DNA from: Pseudomonadota bacterium
GTDB taxonomy: Bacteria > UBA10199 > 2-02-FULL-44-16 > JAAZCA01
DNA: 37,578 nucleotides
Assembly: GCA_043822785.1 (NCBI GenBank)
Contig: JBDRBN010000061.1
Coordinates: 1 to 37,578, forward strand
Reading direction: 5' to 3'
Positions 27,900-36,061 of the stretch are shown piece after piece. Below the pieces are notes generated by a model. It saw only the letters and a program-made list of their open reading frames with translations, searched no databases and had not been told where the DNA came from. The translations under genes were made by a program, and so were the position numbers. The stretch's first letter is position 1, and the number at the start of each line of letters is the position of its first letter.

Positions 27900-30152
27900 A
27901 TGCCAGATAAAGAAACAAAGGGACCCAGAATACCGGTTGCCCAAAAGCCAGATGAGCCGCAAATAGCAGAACCCGGGGACCGGACGGTCATAAAGGCCGA
28001 GGGGGAGATCGAAGAGGCCACGCCACGCCGAGCTCAATATCCCCTACCTTATATGATCGTAGTGGATGGCCCTCGCACGGGCAGCCGCTTTCCTCTAAAA
28101 GACGGCGCCAACATCATTGGCCGCGCACCTGGCAATGAGATTAGGCTTGAGGACCAAAGCGTCTCTCGCCAGCACGCAGAGATCTCTAAATCCCCATCAG
28201 GCTGGTTTGTAAAAGACCTGGGCAGCAAAAACGGCACCATGGTTAATGGCAAGCCGCTCACAGATTCGGTGGGCATTGGCCATAAAGATATCGTCAAAAC
28301 CGGCATCTATCAACTAAGGCTCATAACGCAACAGACCCCTCTGGAAGAGGAGCTAACGCTTCCGCCGGAGCTTTCTATGGCAGATCGCACGGTCTTTGTA
28401 TCAGCACCGCCTGATGGAGCCACTGCTGGCATTGAGAAGAGGGAGATTACAGAGCCAGAACTTGTGGCGCCTTCAGAGGAGCCGATGCTTGAAGGAAGGG
28501 ACATGCTAGGGAAGGGACCGCCACCAGGGCCTCCCCGTTTAAAGGCTTTGCGCAACACAAAGCAGATAATAATAATAGCAGGGCTCATTGGCATTGTTTT
28601 GATTTCTGCGCTCTATTTTGGGCCGCGGTTGATGAAGGGCAAGGGCGTAAAAATGCCAAAGAAGCCGGTAGCAGAAATGCCCGCAGTGCCAAAAGCTGCG
28701 CCCACAAAGCCAGTTACACCGCCAACATCAACGCCACCGGAGGCCCCACCGCCAACAGCTGGGACACCTCCAACACCAGGCGCGACTCCTGCCAAACCTA
28801 CGCCCACTGCGCCGCCGGTTGCAGAGCCGGCAGTCAAAAAGGTGCCGGTTTTCCTGGATTTTGCCTCAAGCCCCATGCCTGCGGAGATAACGTTCCAGGG
28901 CGAAAAAGTGGGCACCGCACCCCTTCGAATAAACGTGCAGCTTGAAGCAGATAAGACTTATCAGGCAGACGCACTGTTTGATATGACCGAGATTGGGCAG
29001 CAGTACACCCAGCAGGCGGAGTTTAAAACCGAAATCGATAAATCAGTCATACCTGTTCTTTTTCGCGCTCCCATTGGCATGATCAAGGTAAACAACTTGC
29101 CCAGAGATGTGGAGTTCTATCTTGAAGGAACGTTTTCCTACAACAAATTTAAAGAACGAACAGCCAAGCTAAACGAAATAATCCTACAGAAACCCATATA
29201 TATTCCGTTTGGCGAGTATAAGTTAGAGCTTAGGCGTGCGCACAAGATGGGCGAAACATCACCTACGTATGTGAGCGATATTATCTTTCGCCGCGAGTTC
29301 AACATTGCAGAGGATAGCCCAACCTTTTCGTTGGATGTAAGCGAAGAGGATCTTAAGATGTTTCCTGTAAAGGTGCGTTCTGAGCCAAGAAATGCCGAGG
29401 TATTTATTGACGGCAAGGTCGTGGGAAGAACTCCTTTCGAAGGTAACTTTCCGCTGGGCGAGCACCGCCTGGTGCTCAGGAAAGAAGGCTATTTCGAGCA
29501 TGCTGAAGATCTTAAGGTCGATATAAACACGCCCTTTGTGGCTGATGTCAAACTTGAGACCTCGATCGCTGGTGCCCATATCAATAACGCCACGCTGGCC
29601 ATGAACAGGCAGCTTTGGCAGGAAGCCATAAACGAACTAGCTCAGGCGCTTTCATCCAATCCGGCGCCATCTGAAATTGCACTCGCCAACTACCTATTGG
29701 GCAAGGCTTATTTCAATATGAACGATCTGCAGCGTGCTATTGGCTATTTTGATCAAGCCAAGCAGAGCGAGGAGCAGCGTTATTCAGCTATGCTTGGTCT
29801 TGTCAATTGCTATGCTATTCAGCAACAGTTAAACAAGGCGTTGCCGCTTTTGGTAGAAGTGCTGCTCAAGGCCAAGGACGATGAGGTAAAGCGCGAGGCC
29901 AACGATTTGTTTCAAAAGATATCGCCGTTTAGGTCTGTGGTATATGTGTATTCAGATCCAGCCGGAGCTAAGGTTGTGGTAAACGACAAAGAAGTTGGTC
30001 AGTCCACTCCTGTAATACTCCATGACTTGCCTTTGGGAAGCTACAGAATTCATATAGAGAAAACAGGGTATTTACCTAGCGATCTCAATCTCTCCCTATC
30101 AGTCAATGAGTTCAATCCTGTTATCGTGAAGCTAAAGCCCATACCTGAATAA
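27900..30152 (+). CDS. Bitopic FHA - TM - Pro-rich linker - PEGA/TPR protein
   Basis: FHA IGRAPGN..VSRQHA..DLGSKNGTMVNG; TM IIIIAGLIGIVLISALYF; Pro/Thr-rich linker; PEGA repeats (VRSEPRNAEVFIDGKVVGRTP; VYSDPAGAKVVVND); TPRs. Confidence 0.88.
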   Translation: MPDKETKGPRIPVAQKPDEPQIAEPGDRTVIKAEGEIEEATPRRAQYPLPYMIVVDGPRTGSRFPLKDGANIIGRAPGNEIRLEDQSVSRQHAEISKSPSGWFVKDLGSKNGTMVNGKPLTDSVGIGHKDIVKTGIYQLRLITQQTPLEEELTLPPELSMADRTVFVSAPPDGATAGIEKREITEPELVAPSEEPMLEGRDMLGKGPPPGPPRLKALRNTKQIIIIAGLIGIVLISALYFGPRLMKGKGVKMPKKPVAEMPAVPKAAPTKPVTPPTSTPPEAPPPTAGTPPTPGATPAKPTPTAPPVAEPAVKKVPVFLDFASSPMPAEITFQGEKVGTAPLRINVQLEADKTYQADALFDMTEIGQQYTQQAEFKTEIDKSVIPVLFRAPIGMIKVNNLPRDVEFYLEGTFSYNKFKERTAKLNEIILQKPIYIPFGEYKLELRRAHKMGETSPTYVSDIIFRREFNIAEDSPTFSLDVSEEDLKMFPVKVRSEPRNAEVFIDGKVVGRTPFEGNFPLGEHRLVLRKEGYFEHAEDLKVDINTPFVADVKLETSIAGAHINNATLAMNRQLWQEAINELAQALSSNPAPSEIALANYLLGKAYFNMNDLQRAIGYFDQAKQSEEQRYSAMLGLVNCYAIQQQLNKALPLLVEVLLKAKDDEVKREANDLFQKISPFRSVVYVYSDPAGAKVVVNDKEVGQSTPVILHDLPLGSYRIHIEKTGYLPSDLNLSLSVNEFNPVIVKLKPIPE

Positions 30153-30250
30153 GCAAGACACGCGAGAAAAGCGAGACACGCGAGAAAGGTGTCATTGCGA
30201 GGAACGCAGTGACGAAGCAATCTCCGGTCTCGCCGGTCTCGCCTTTTTTT
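30153..30250. repeat. Composite repeat: 9-mer-array hairpin with a half RPE-like element in its loop, ending in a T run
   Basis: GCAAGACAC GCGAGAAAA GCGAGACAC GCGAGAAAG | TGTCATTGCGAGGAACGCAGTGACGAAGCAATCTC (30190-30224) | CGGTCTCGC CGGTCTCGC CTTTTTTT. Confidence 0.8.
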
Positions 30251-30323
30251 GAGTGTACAAAAATAAAATTTAAGCTATATCAATGAGCCGAATTTAGGTC
30301 TAAAAACCTTGACGAGGTGAAAT

Positions 30324-32261
30324 ATGGGAAAAAATTTAGTCCAGAAAATCCTCCAAGAACATCTCAAAGAAGGCGAACTTATCCCAGGCAAAGAAATAGG
30401 AATCAGAATCGACCAAACGCTCACCCAAGATGCAACGGGCACCATGGCCTATTTGCAGTTCGAGTCCATGGGCATGAAAGAGGTGAAAACAGATCTTTCT
30501 GTTTCTTATGTAGATCACAATACGGTGCAGGTGGGCTTTGAAAACGCAGATGACCATGCATATCTTCAGAGTATTGCAGCGCGATATGGCATCATTTTTT
30601 CGCGTCCTGGCAATGGCATCTGCCATCAGGTTCATCTCGAACGCTTTGGAAAACCAGGCACTACTCTTTTGGGCAGCGACTCGCACACTCCCACCGGAGG
30701 CGGCATAGGCCAAATTGCAATTGGGGCAGGAGGTCTTGATGTTGCGGTCGCCATGGGTGGCGGCCTTTTTTATCTCACCGCGCCAAAGGTTTATAAGGTA
30801 AATATAACCGGTGAGCTCAAGCCGTGGGTTACGGCAAAGGATGTGGTGCTTAAGATGCTCGAGATGCTTACTACCAAGGGCAATGTGGGCGTAATGCTAG
30901 AGTACGGCGGACAAGGTGTTTCTACTCTTACTGTTCCCGAGCGTGCAACAATCACAAATATGGGCGCAGAGATGGGCGTTACCACATCTGTATTCCCATC
31001 AGATGAAGAGACCCGCAAGTTTCTCGCAGCGCAAGGACGCGCGAAGGATTGGAAAGAGCTTAGGGCGGATGAAGGCGCAAGCTATGACAAGGTTATTGAT
31101 CTCGATCTTTCACAGATAGAGCCCATGGCAGCGTGCCCTCACAGCCCGGGCAACGTAAAAAAGGTGAGCGAGCTTTCAGATATAAAAGTGGATCAGGTGT
31201 GTATCGGCTCGTGCACAAATTCCTCTTACAAAGATCTGGTCACCGTTGCCAAGATGCTGAAGGGCAAGAAAGTTGCGCCCGGCGTGGGTTTGGGTATCGC
31301 ACCCGGATCGCGCCAGGTCTTGGCAATGCTCGCGCACGAGGGATATCTTTCAGACCTCATTGATGCGGGTGCGCGCATCTTAGAGAGCGCATGCGGCTTT
31401 TGCATAGGCAACTCCTTATCGCCTTCTTCTGGCGGAGTGTCAGTGCGCACAGTCAACCGTAACTTTGAAGGACGCAGCGGAACCAAGGATGCGCAGGTTT
31501 ATCTCACCAGCTGTGAGGTCGCAGTTGCAGCTGCGCTCACCGGCAAAATCACGGATCCAAGAACTCTTAAGATCGATTATCCCAGGGTTACGATGCCTGA
31601 AAAATATCTCATCGATGATGGGATGTTTATCATGCCAACGCCTGGGCTTCGCGACACAGAGATAAAACGCGGGCCAAATATCGGTGATCCGCCGAAAAAT
31701 GATCCGATGCCCAATACGTTAAGCGGTGAAGCGGCCATAAAGGTGGGCGACAAGACGACGACCGATCACATAATGCCGGCAGGCCCGAGGCTTAAATACA
31801 GGTCTAATGTGCCCAAGTACGCCACGTTTGTGTTTGAGAATGTTGATTCCACATTTGCACAGCGTTGCATGAAAAATCGTGATTCAAAAATTCACAACAT
31901 CATAGTTGCAGGCGAATCATACGGCCAGGGCTCAAGTCGTGAGCATGCTGCCTTGTGTCCCATGTATCTTGGCGTAAAGGCTGTGATCGCAAAATCGTTT
32001 GAGCGTATACACGCTGACAACCTGGTGAATTTTGGCATTGTGCCGCTTACTTTTACAAACGCTTCTGATTACGATGCGATCCAGGCAGGGGATAAGCTTG
32101 AGGTTTCTGATTATAAAAAGGCAGTCGAGACCGGTACTCCGGTTCAGGTTAAGAATACTACAAAGGGCAAGACCATAGAGTGTGCTGCCAACCTGTCAGC
32201 TCGCCAGCGCAAGATCGTGCTAGCAGGAGGATTGTTGAATTATACGAATGAAAGCACATAG
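30324..32261 (+). CDS. Aconitate hydratase (short, ~645-aa type)
   Basis: DQTLTQDATGT, GICHQVHLE, GSDSHT, IGSCTNSS, CGFCIG, NRNFEGRSG, TTDHI, YGQGSSREHAA; RBS GAGGTG. Confidence 0.95.
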   Translation: MGKNLVQKILQEHLKEGELIPGKEIGIRIDQTLTQDATGTMAYLQFESMGMKEVKTDLSVSYVDHNTVQVGFENADDHAYLQSIAARYGIIFSRPGNGICHQVHLERFGKPGTTLLGSDSHTPTGGGIGQIAIGAGGLDVAVAMGGGLFYLTAPKVYKVNITGELKPWVTAKDVVLKMLEMLTTKGNVGVMLEYGGQGVSTLTVPERATITNMGAEMGVTTSVFPSDEETRKFLAAQGRAKDWKELRADEGASYDKVIDLDLSQIEPMAACPHSPGNVKKVSELSDIKVDQVCIGSCTNSSYKDLVTVAKMLKGKKVAPGVGLGIAPGSRQVLAMLAHEGYLSDLIDAGARILESACGFCIGNSLSPSSGGVSVRTVNRNFEGRSGTKDAQVYLTSCEVAVAAALTGKITDPRTLKIDYPRVTMPEKYLIDDGMFIMPTPGLRDTEIKRGPNIGDPPKNDPMPNTLSGEAAIKVGDKTTTDHIMPAGPRLKYRSNVPKYATFVFENVDSTFAQRCMKNRDSKIHNIIVAGESYGQGSSREHAALCPMYLGVKAVIAKSFERIHADNLVNFGIVPLTFTNASDYDAIQAGDKLEVSDYKKAVETGTPVQVKNTTKGKTIECAANLSARQRKIVLAGGLLNYTNEST

Positions 32262-32273
32262 ATGAACACTAGC

Positions 32274-32357
32274 TGTCATCGCGAGCGAACATCGTGAGCG
32301 CGGCGATCCCCTGATTGCAGGAGATTGCTTCGTCGCCTGCGGTTCCTCGCAATGACA
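32274..32357. repeat. RPE/REP-like palindromic element, full copy
   Basis: TGTCATCGCGAG ... GGCGATCCC ... GAGATTGCTTCG ... CTCGCAATGACA; flanks CTAGn / TCCAT are shared with the copy at 12-97. Confidence 0.88.
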
Positions 32358-32378
32358 TCCATTACGGAGGAATAGTAT

Positions 32379-33587
32379 ATGGCCAAGATCAAGGTAACGA
32401 AACCGATCGTTGAGATGGATGGCGATGAGATGACAAGGATCATCTGGGCGATGATCAAGCAAAAGCTCATCGAGCCGTATATAAGTGTTAATCTCAAGTA
32501 CTATGATTTAAGCGTTGCGCGCCGCGATGAAACAGATGATGAGATTACAGTTGAGGCAGCAGCGGCCATAAAAGAATATGGCGTGGGCGTGAAGTGCGCC
32601 ACCATCACGCCGGACGCAGAGCGCGTCAAAGAGTATAATCTCAAGAAGGCATGGCCTTCGCCTAATGGCACGATAAGAGGTATTCTTGATGGCACGGTTT
32701 TTCGTAAGCCCATAATGACGAAGAACATCGTGCCCGCTGTTCGCAGCTGGAAAAAGCCCATCATCATCGGACGTCACGCTTATGGCGATCTGTACAAGAG
32801 TCAGGAATACGTGGTTACCGAACCGGGAAAAGTAGATCTGGTTTATACGCGTAAGGATGGCACTGAACTTAAGCGACTTACTCTAAAGGAGTTTGACGGG
32901 CCGGGTATAGTCATGGGCATACACAATACAGATCGTTCGATCCGCTCCTTTGCCAAGTCTTGCATCAACTATGCGATATCAGAAAAGGTAAACCTGTGGT
33001 TTGGCGCCAAAGATACCATAAGCAAAATATACCACGCTCACTTTAAAAACGTATTCTCCGAGGAGATCGCGCTTAATCAAAAGAGGCTCGACGAAGCGGG
33101 AATAACATATCGTTATATGCTCATTGACGATGCAGTGGCGCAAATCATGAAGCATGAAGGCGGCATTCTGTGGGCATGCAGAAATTACGATGGCGATGTG
33201 TTTTCAGATATGGTGGCCTCTGGTTTTGGCAGCCTGGGCATGATGACTTCTGTGCTGGTTTCGCCAGATGGCAAATATGAATACGAGGCTGCGCACGGCA
33301 CAGTAAGGCGCCATTATCATGAGTACAAGAATGGCAACCCCACGAGCACAAACTCTGTAGCATCAATATATGCATGGACAGGTGCGCTAAGCAAACGCGG
33401 AGAGATGGATAAAACTCCGGATGTAGTTAATTTTGCGAACAAGCTTGAGGAAGCTGTAGTCGCTTGCATCGAATCAGGCATAATGACCAAAGACCTCATG
33501 CATCTGGTAACACCGCCTGCTAAGAAATACGAAACTACTGAGGGCTTTATCGATCAGGTGGCAAAGAGGTTGGAGAAAACGTTTTAA
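32379..33587 (+). CDS. icd: NADP-dependent isocitrate dehydrogenase (eukaryote-like homodimeric subfamily)
   Basis: [56 protein letters not shown]. Confidence 0.97.
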   Translation: MAKIKVTKPIVEMDGDEMTRIIWAMIKQKLIEPYISVNLKYYDLSVARRDETDDEITVEAAAAIKEYGVGVKCATITPDAERVKEYNLKKAWPSPNGTIRGILDGTVFRKPIMTKNIVPAVRSWKKPIIIGRHAYGDLYKSQEYVVTEPGKVDLVYTRKDGTELKRLTLKEFDGPGIVMGIHNTDRSIRSFAKSCINYAISEKVNLWFGAKDTISKIYHAHFKNVFSEEIALNQKRLDEAGITYRYMLIDDAVAQIMKHEGGILWACRNYDGDVFSDMVASGFGSLGMMTSVLVSPDGKYEYEAAHGTVRRHYHEYKNGNPTSTNSVASIYAWTGALSKRGEMDKTPDVVNFANKLEEAVVACIESGIMTKDLMHLVTPPAKKYETTEGFIDQVAKRLEKTF

Positions 33588-33655
33588 AACGAGGGACGAC
33601 CGCTGATTGCTAATGCATCCAATTTATTGTATGGTTAGGTTGATACAGGGGAGTC

Positions 33656-33905
33656 ATGATAGACATCAAAAAACAGCTCGTCTATTGGATGAAGGACTCA
33701 CAATCTGGTTCGGCTTGCAGAGCTGGCTTGTCTCAAGATTACGCAAAAGCAAATCAACATACTTGCCGAGATTAACTCGTTCAACCTTGAAGGCCGTTAC
33801 CCTGAATCGCTGACAACTCCGCCAACGTTGGCAGAAGCAAAAAAATATCGAGCTCGTGCAAAGGAGGTGTTTAAATGGTTGCTCAAACGATTGCAGGAGC
33901 GGTGA
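33656..33905 (+). pseudogene. HEPN-domain gene with internal deletion and frameshift
   Basis: RBS GGGGAG + ATG 33656 gives MIDIKKQLVYWMK. From ~33693 another frame reads RTHNLVRLAELACL...INSFNLEGRYPE...KEVFKWLLKRLQER* (HEPN C-terminal half, xHNL and RYP motifs), overlapping the MNT start. The middle helices are missing. Confidence 0.8.
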
Positions 33906-34198
33906 AGAGGTATTTACATACGGTGAATGACAATGGTGTCTCGGTTAAGTTCGGTGTGGTCTTCGGCTCTTCCGTCTCAGGAAAGTGCGACAAATGGAGC
34001 GATATCGACCTGATTGTCGTCTCACCGAAATTTGACGCAAAAAGAAAGAGGCGCGATATTGATCTTCTTTGGAGGCTTGCACCGCAGGTTGACAGCCGGA
34101 TCGAACCGATCCCCTGTGGAGTGAAACAATGGCAGGAGGATGATTCAAGCACGATCATCGAAGCTGCACGTAGGACTGGAAAGAAGATCTTGATGTAG
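33875..34198 (+). CDS. Minimal nucleotidyltransferase (MNT)
   Basis: VFGSSVSG..WSDIDLIVVS (GSx10DxD), RIEPIP; RBS AAGGAGGT. Confidence 0.9.
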   Translation: MVAQTIAGAVKRYLHTVNDNGVSVKFGVVFGSSVSGKCDKWSDIDLIVVSPKFDAKRKRRDIDLLWRLAPQVDSRIEPIPCGVKQWQEDDSSTIIEAARRTGKKILM

Positions 34199-34240
34199 AT
34201 AACATTAAACCTGTCCCTCAATAACCGAGGAGCTATTCAA

Positions 34241-34576
34241 ATGGTTGAAAAATACGCTGACGTAGAAAAGGCAGTTTCAATCTATATTGCTGAACTTAGG
34301 AAGCACGGCATCAATCCACAAAAGGTGATTCTTTTTGGATCACATGCAGCAGGGACCGCCACACCTCTTAGTGATATTGATTTGGTGATCGTATCAGCGG
34401 ATTTGGCAAGGTGGTCTGCACTTGAACGCCTGGAGATGCTTTCACGACTAACTATCTGCGTTGATGCTCCCCTTGAGGTGCTTGGCTATACGCCGGAGGA
34501 AATAGAGAAAGCAGGATCCGACAGCATCCTTTGGGGCGAGATCCAGAAGACCGGTAAGGTTTTAGTGGCAGCTTGA
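34241..34576 (+). CDS. Second minimal nucleotidyltransferase (MNT)
   Basis: ILFGSHAAG..LSDIDLVIVS, LEVLGYTPEE; RBS GAGGAG. Confidence 0.9.
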   Translation: MVEKYADVEKAVSIYIAELRKHGINPQKVILFGSHAAGTATPLSDIDLVIVSADLARWSALERLEMLSRLTICVDAPLEVLGYTPEEIEKAGSDSILWGEIQKTGKVLVAA

Positions 34577-34713
34577 TTATCCTGCACGTGTCTCATCCGA
34601 CAACCTACGCATCCAGCCTATGGTCTACTGAAATGAAAGAATTATACCTAAAATCCGACACTTAATTTTTAAGAGCATGCATTCTTTTTATAATTCGAAT
34701 AGTTAAACAAGAC

Positions 34714-34814
34714 TGTCATTGCGAACCCAGCACCTGCTGGGTGAAGCAATCCCCTTATCCCTCTCATGAGATCGCCACGCCCAGCACCAGATTGTGCTGG
34801 GCTCGCGATGGACA
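34714..34814. repeat. RPE/REP-like cloverleaf element with substituted side arms
   Basis: TGTCATTGCGA ... TCGCGATGGACA termini; side hairpins ACCCAGCA-CC-TGCTGGGT and GCCCAGCAC-CAGATT-GTGCTGGGC; inner GAAGCAATC/GATCGCCAC. Confidence 0.85.
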
Positions 34815-34929
34815 ATCTGAAATACCTCTTTTGCCCTTTCACAGCTATTTAACCTCTAAATTTATAAGAGGAAATATCTACCAGCTAAGCTGCAAAAAAA
34901 AAACTTTAAAAAATAGAAAAAATTTGGAC

Positions 34930-34956
34930 GCAACTTTTTGCGAGGATATGCGATAA
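34930..34956 (+). promoter_or_regulatory. Possible sigma28-like promoter upstream of the FGE-domain gene
   Basis: GCAACTTT-N11-TGCGATAA versus sigma28 consensus TAAAGTTT-N11-GCCGATAA; 30 nt upstream of the ATG. Confidence 0.35.
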
Positions 34957-34986
34957 GAGGACATAACCTTTAAAGAAGGGAGAACC

Positions 34987-36039
34987 ATGACAACACCAAC
35001 GATTAATCCAGCGCTTCAATTCATTCATACAGCAGGCATATCAGGCTTTGTGAACGGTGTGCAGACAGGCAAGATACCTCCCTCTCAAGCCCTTAGCGGA
35101 TTTAATGCTGTAGGCGCAGCCATAGACACATACAAAAGAACAATACCGAACGATACATCCTTGGCTGAACTTAGATCGATAATCTCAGGCTATCCTGAGC
35201 AACGACAAAAGGTTTTTGCTTTACTCAATAGGCATAGCCTAGCGGTGAATCTTGCAGTGCATTTGGCTGCGACAATAGACGCAACAGGTGAGGCAGCACT
35301 TGCCGGCGCCGCTGTGGTAAAAGATCTTAATGCGCCATTTGATTTGGGCGCCCAGTGGCGTTGGATTCCGCCTGGCGAGTTTCAGATGGGCTCACCCGAT
35401 GACGATCCTTATGCGTATTATGGTTATGGCGAGAAACCGCTGAGAACTGTTATGACCGGCGGATTTTATATGCTGGATCATCCTGTGACCAATGTGGAGT
35501 TTGACGCTTTCCTTAAGGCAGTTGGCCAAGAGGATATGCGAAATCTCGAGAGTAAATTTGCTGGCGATTATCAACCAGCCGTTCAAGTTACCCATGAAAA
35601 AGCCACAGCATATGCAAAATGGCTAGGCGAAAAACTGAGCAAGGAAATGGGAATACCAATAATCGGCAGGCTTCCAACTGAAGCGGAGTGGGAGAAGGCA
35701 GCTAAAGGTCCAAGTGGAAATGAATTCATTAGGCCAGCTACCATTGAACAAGCACACTACTTTGCTATAAGAGTAACCCGTGCTGTTAATCATCCTGATG
35801 CATATGCTAATGGCTATGGTTTAAAGGATATGATCGGAAACGTGTGTGAGTGGACATCAAGTCCATGGGAGGAGGGGTCATCTATGTTTGTCATCCGCGG
35901 CGGTTCGATGCTCGGCTATTATCTCCCGTGCCTGCGCGCGGCCTATCGCTGCAACCTCTCCTCAGGCGATTGCTTCAGCATTGTCAGCTTTCGTCCGGTT
36001 CTGGCGCCTGCCCTGAGTGACCATGAGCGAATGAAATGA
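34987..36039 (+). CDS. FGE-sulfatase (C-type-lectin fold) domain protein with unique N-terminus; probable DGR target
   Basis: WIPPGEFQMGS, HPVTNVEF, RLPTEAEWEKAAKG, NGYGLKDMIGNVCEW, VIRGGS...LRAAYR...SFRPV; RBS AAGGGAG. Confidence 0.9.
   Translation: MTTPTINPALQFIHTAGISGFVNGVQTGKIPPSQALSGFNAVGAAIDTYKRTIPNDTSLAELRSIISGYPEQRQKVFALLNRHSLAVNLAVHLAATIDATGEAALAGAAVVKDLNAPFDLGAQWRWIPPGEFQMGSPDDDPYAYYGYGEKPLRTVMTGGFYMLDHPVTNVEFDAFLKAVGQEDMRNLESKFAGDYQPAVQVTHEKATAYAKWLGEKLSKEMGIPIIGRLPTEAEWEKAAKGPSGNEFIRPATIEQAHYFAIRVTRAVNHPDAYANGYGLKDMIGNVCEWTSSPWEEGSSMFVIRGGSMLGYYLPCLRAAYRCNLSSGDCFSIVSFRPVLAPALSDHERMK
35893..36008 (+). other. Putative DGR variable region (VR)
   Basis: GC-rich invariant scaffold (CGCGGCGGTTCG, CTGCGCGCGGCC, TTTCGTCCGGTTCTGGCGCC) interleaved with NNC/NNT codons at the positions where DGR templates of this fold carry AAC/AAT. 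Confidence 0.65.
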
Positions 36040-36061
36040 GTCGAAGGGGAGTCGAAGGGCC
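36009..36061. mobile_element. Small REP-like insertion (GCCCTGAG...GTCGAAGGGC family, apparently nested) in the 3' end of the FGE gene
   Basis: TGCCCTGAGTG-ACCATGAGCGAATGAAATGAGTCGAAGGGG-AGTCGAAGGGC. GCC lies on both sides (36006-36008, 36059-36061); removing 53 bp restores ...CTG GCG CCC CAG GAC TCC AAG AAG TAA (LAPQDSKK*, stop at 36080). Confidence 0.65.

Noticed and set aside
28660..28830. Pro/Thr/Ala-rich stretch as a DNA repeat element
   Set aside because: Low-complexity periplasmic linker within the FHA-PEGA ORF, with no nucleotide-level periodicity.
34741..34956. 71-aa ORF upstream of the FGE gene (also 32220..32462 and 2865..3068)
   Set aside because: They start in or run through palindromic repeats, or overlap real genes; no RBS or motif support.
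34987..36039. Genuine formylglycine-generating enzyme, or a complete DGR cassette
   Set aside because: No sulfatase neighbour and the core-motif region looks variable rather than conserved; no reverse transcriptase, Avd or AAC-rich template repeat was seen in the window.
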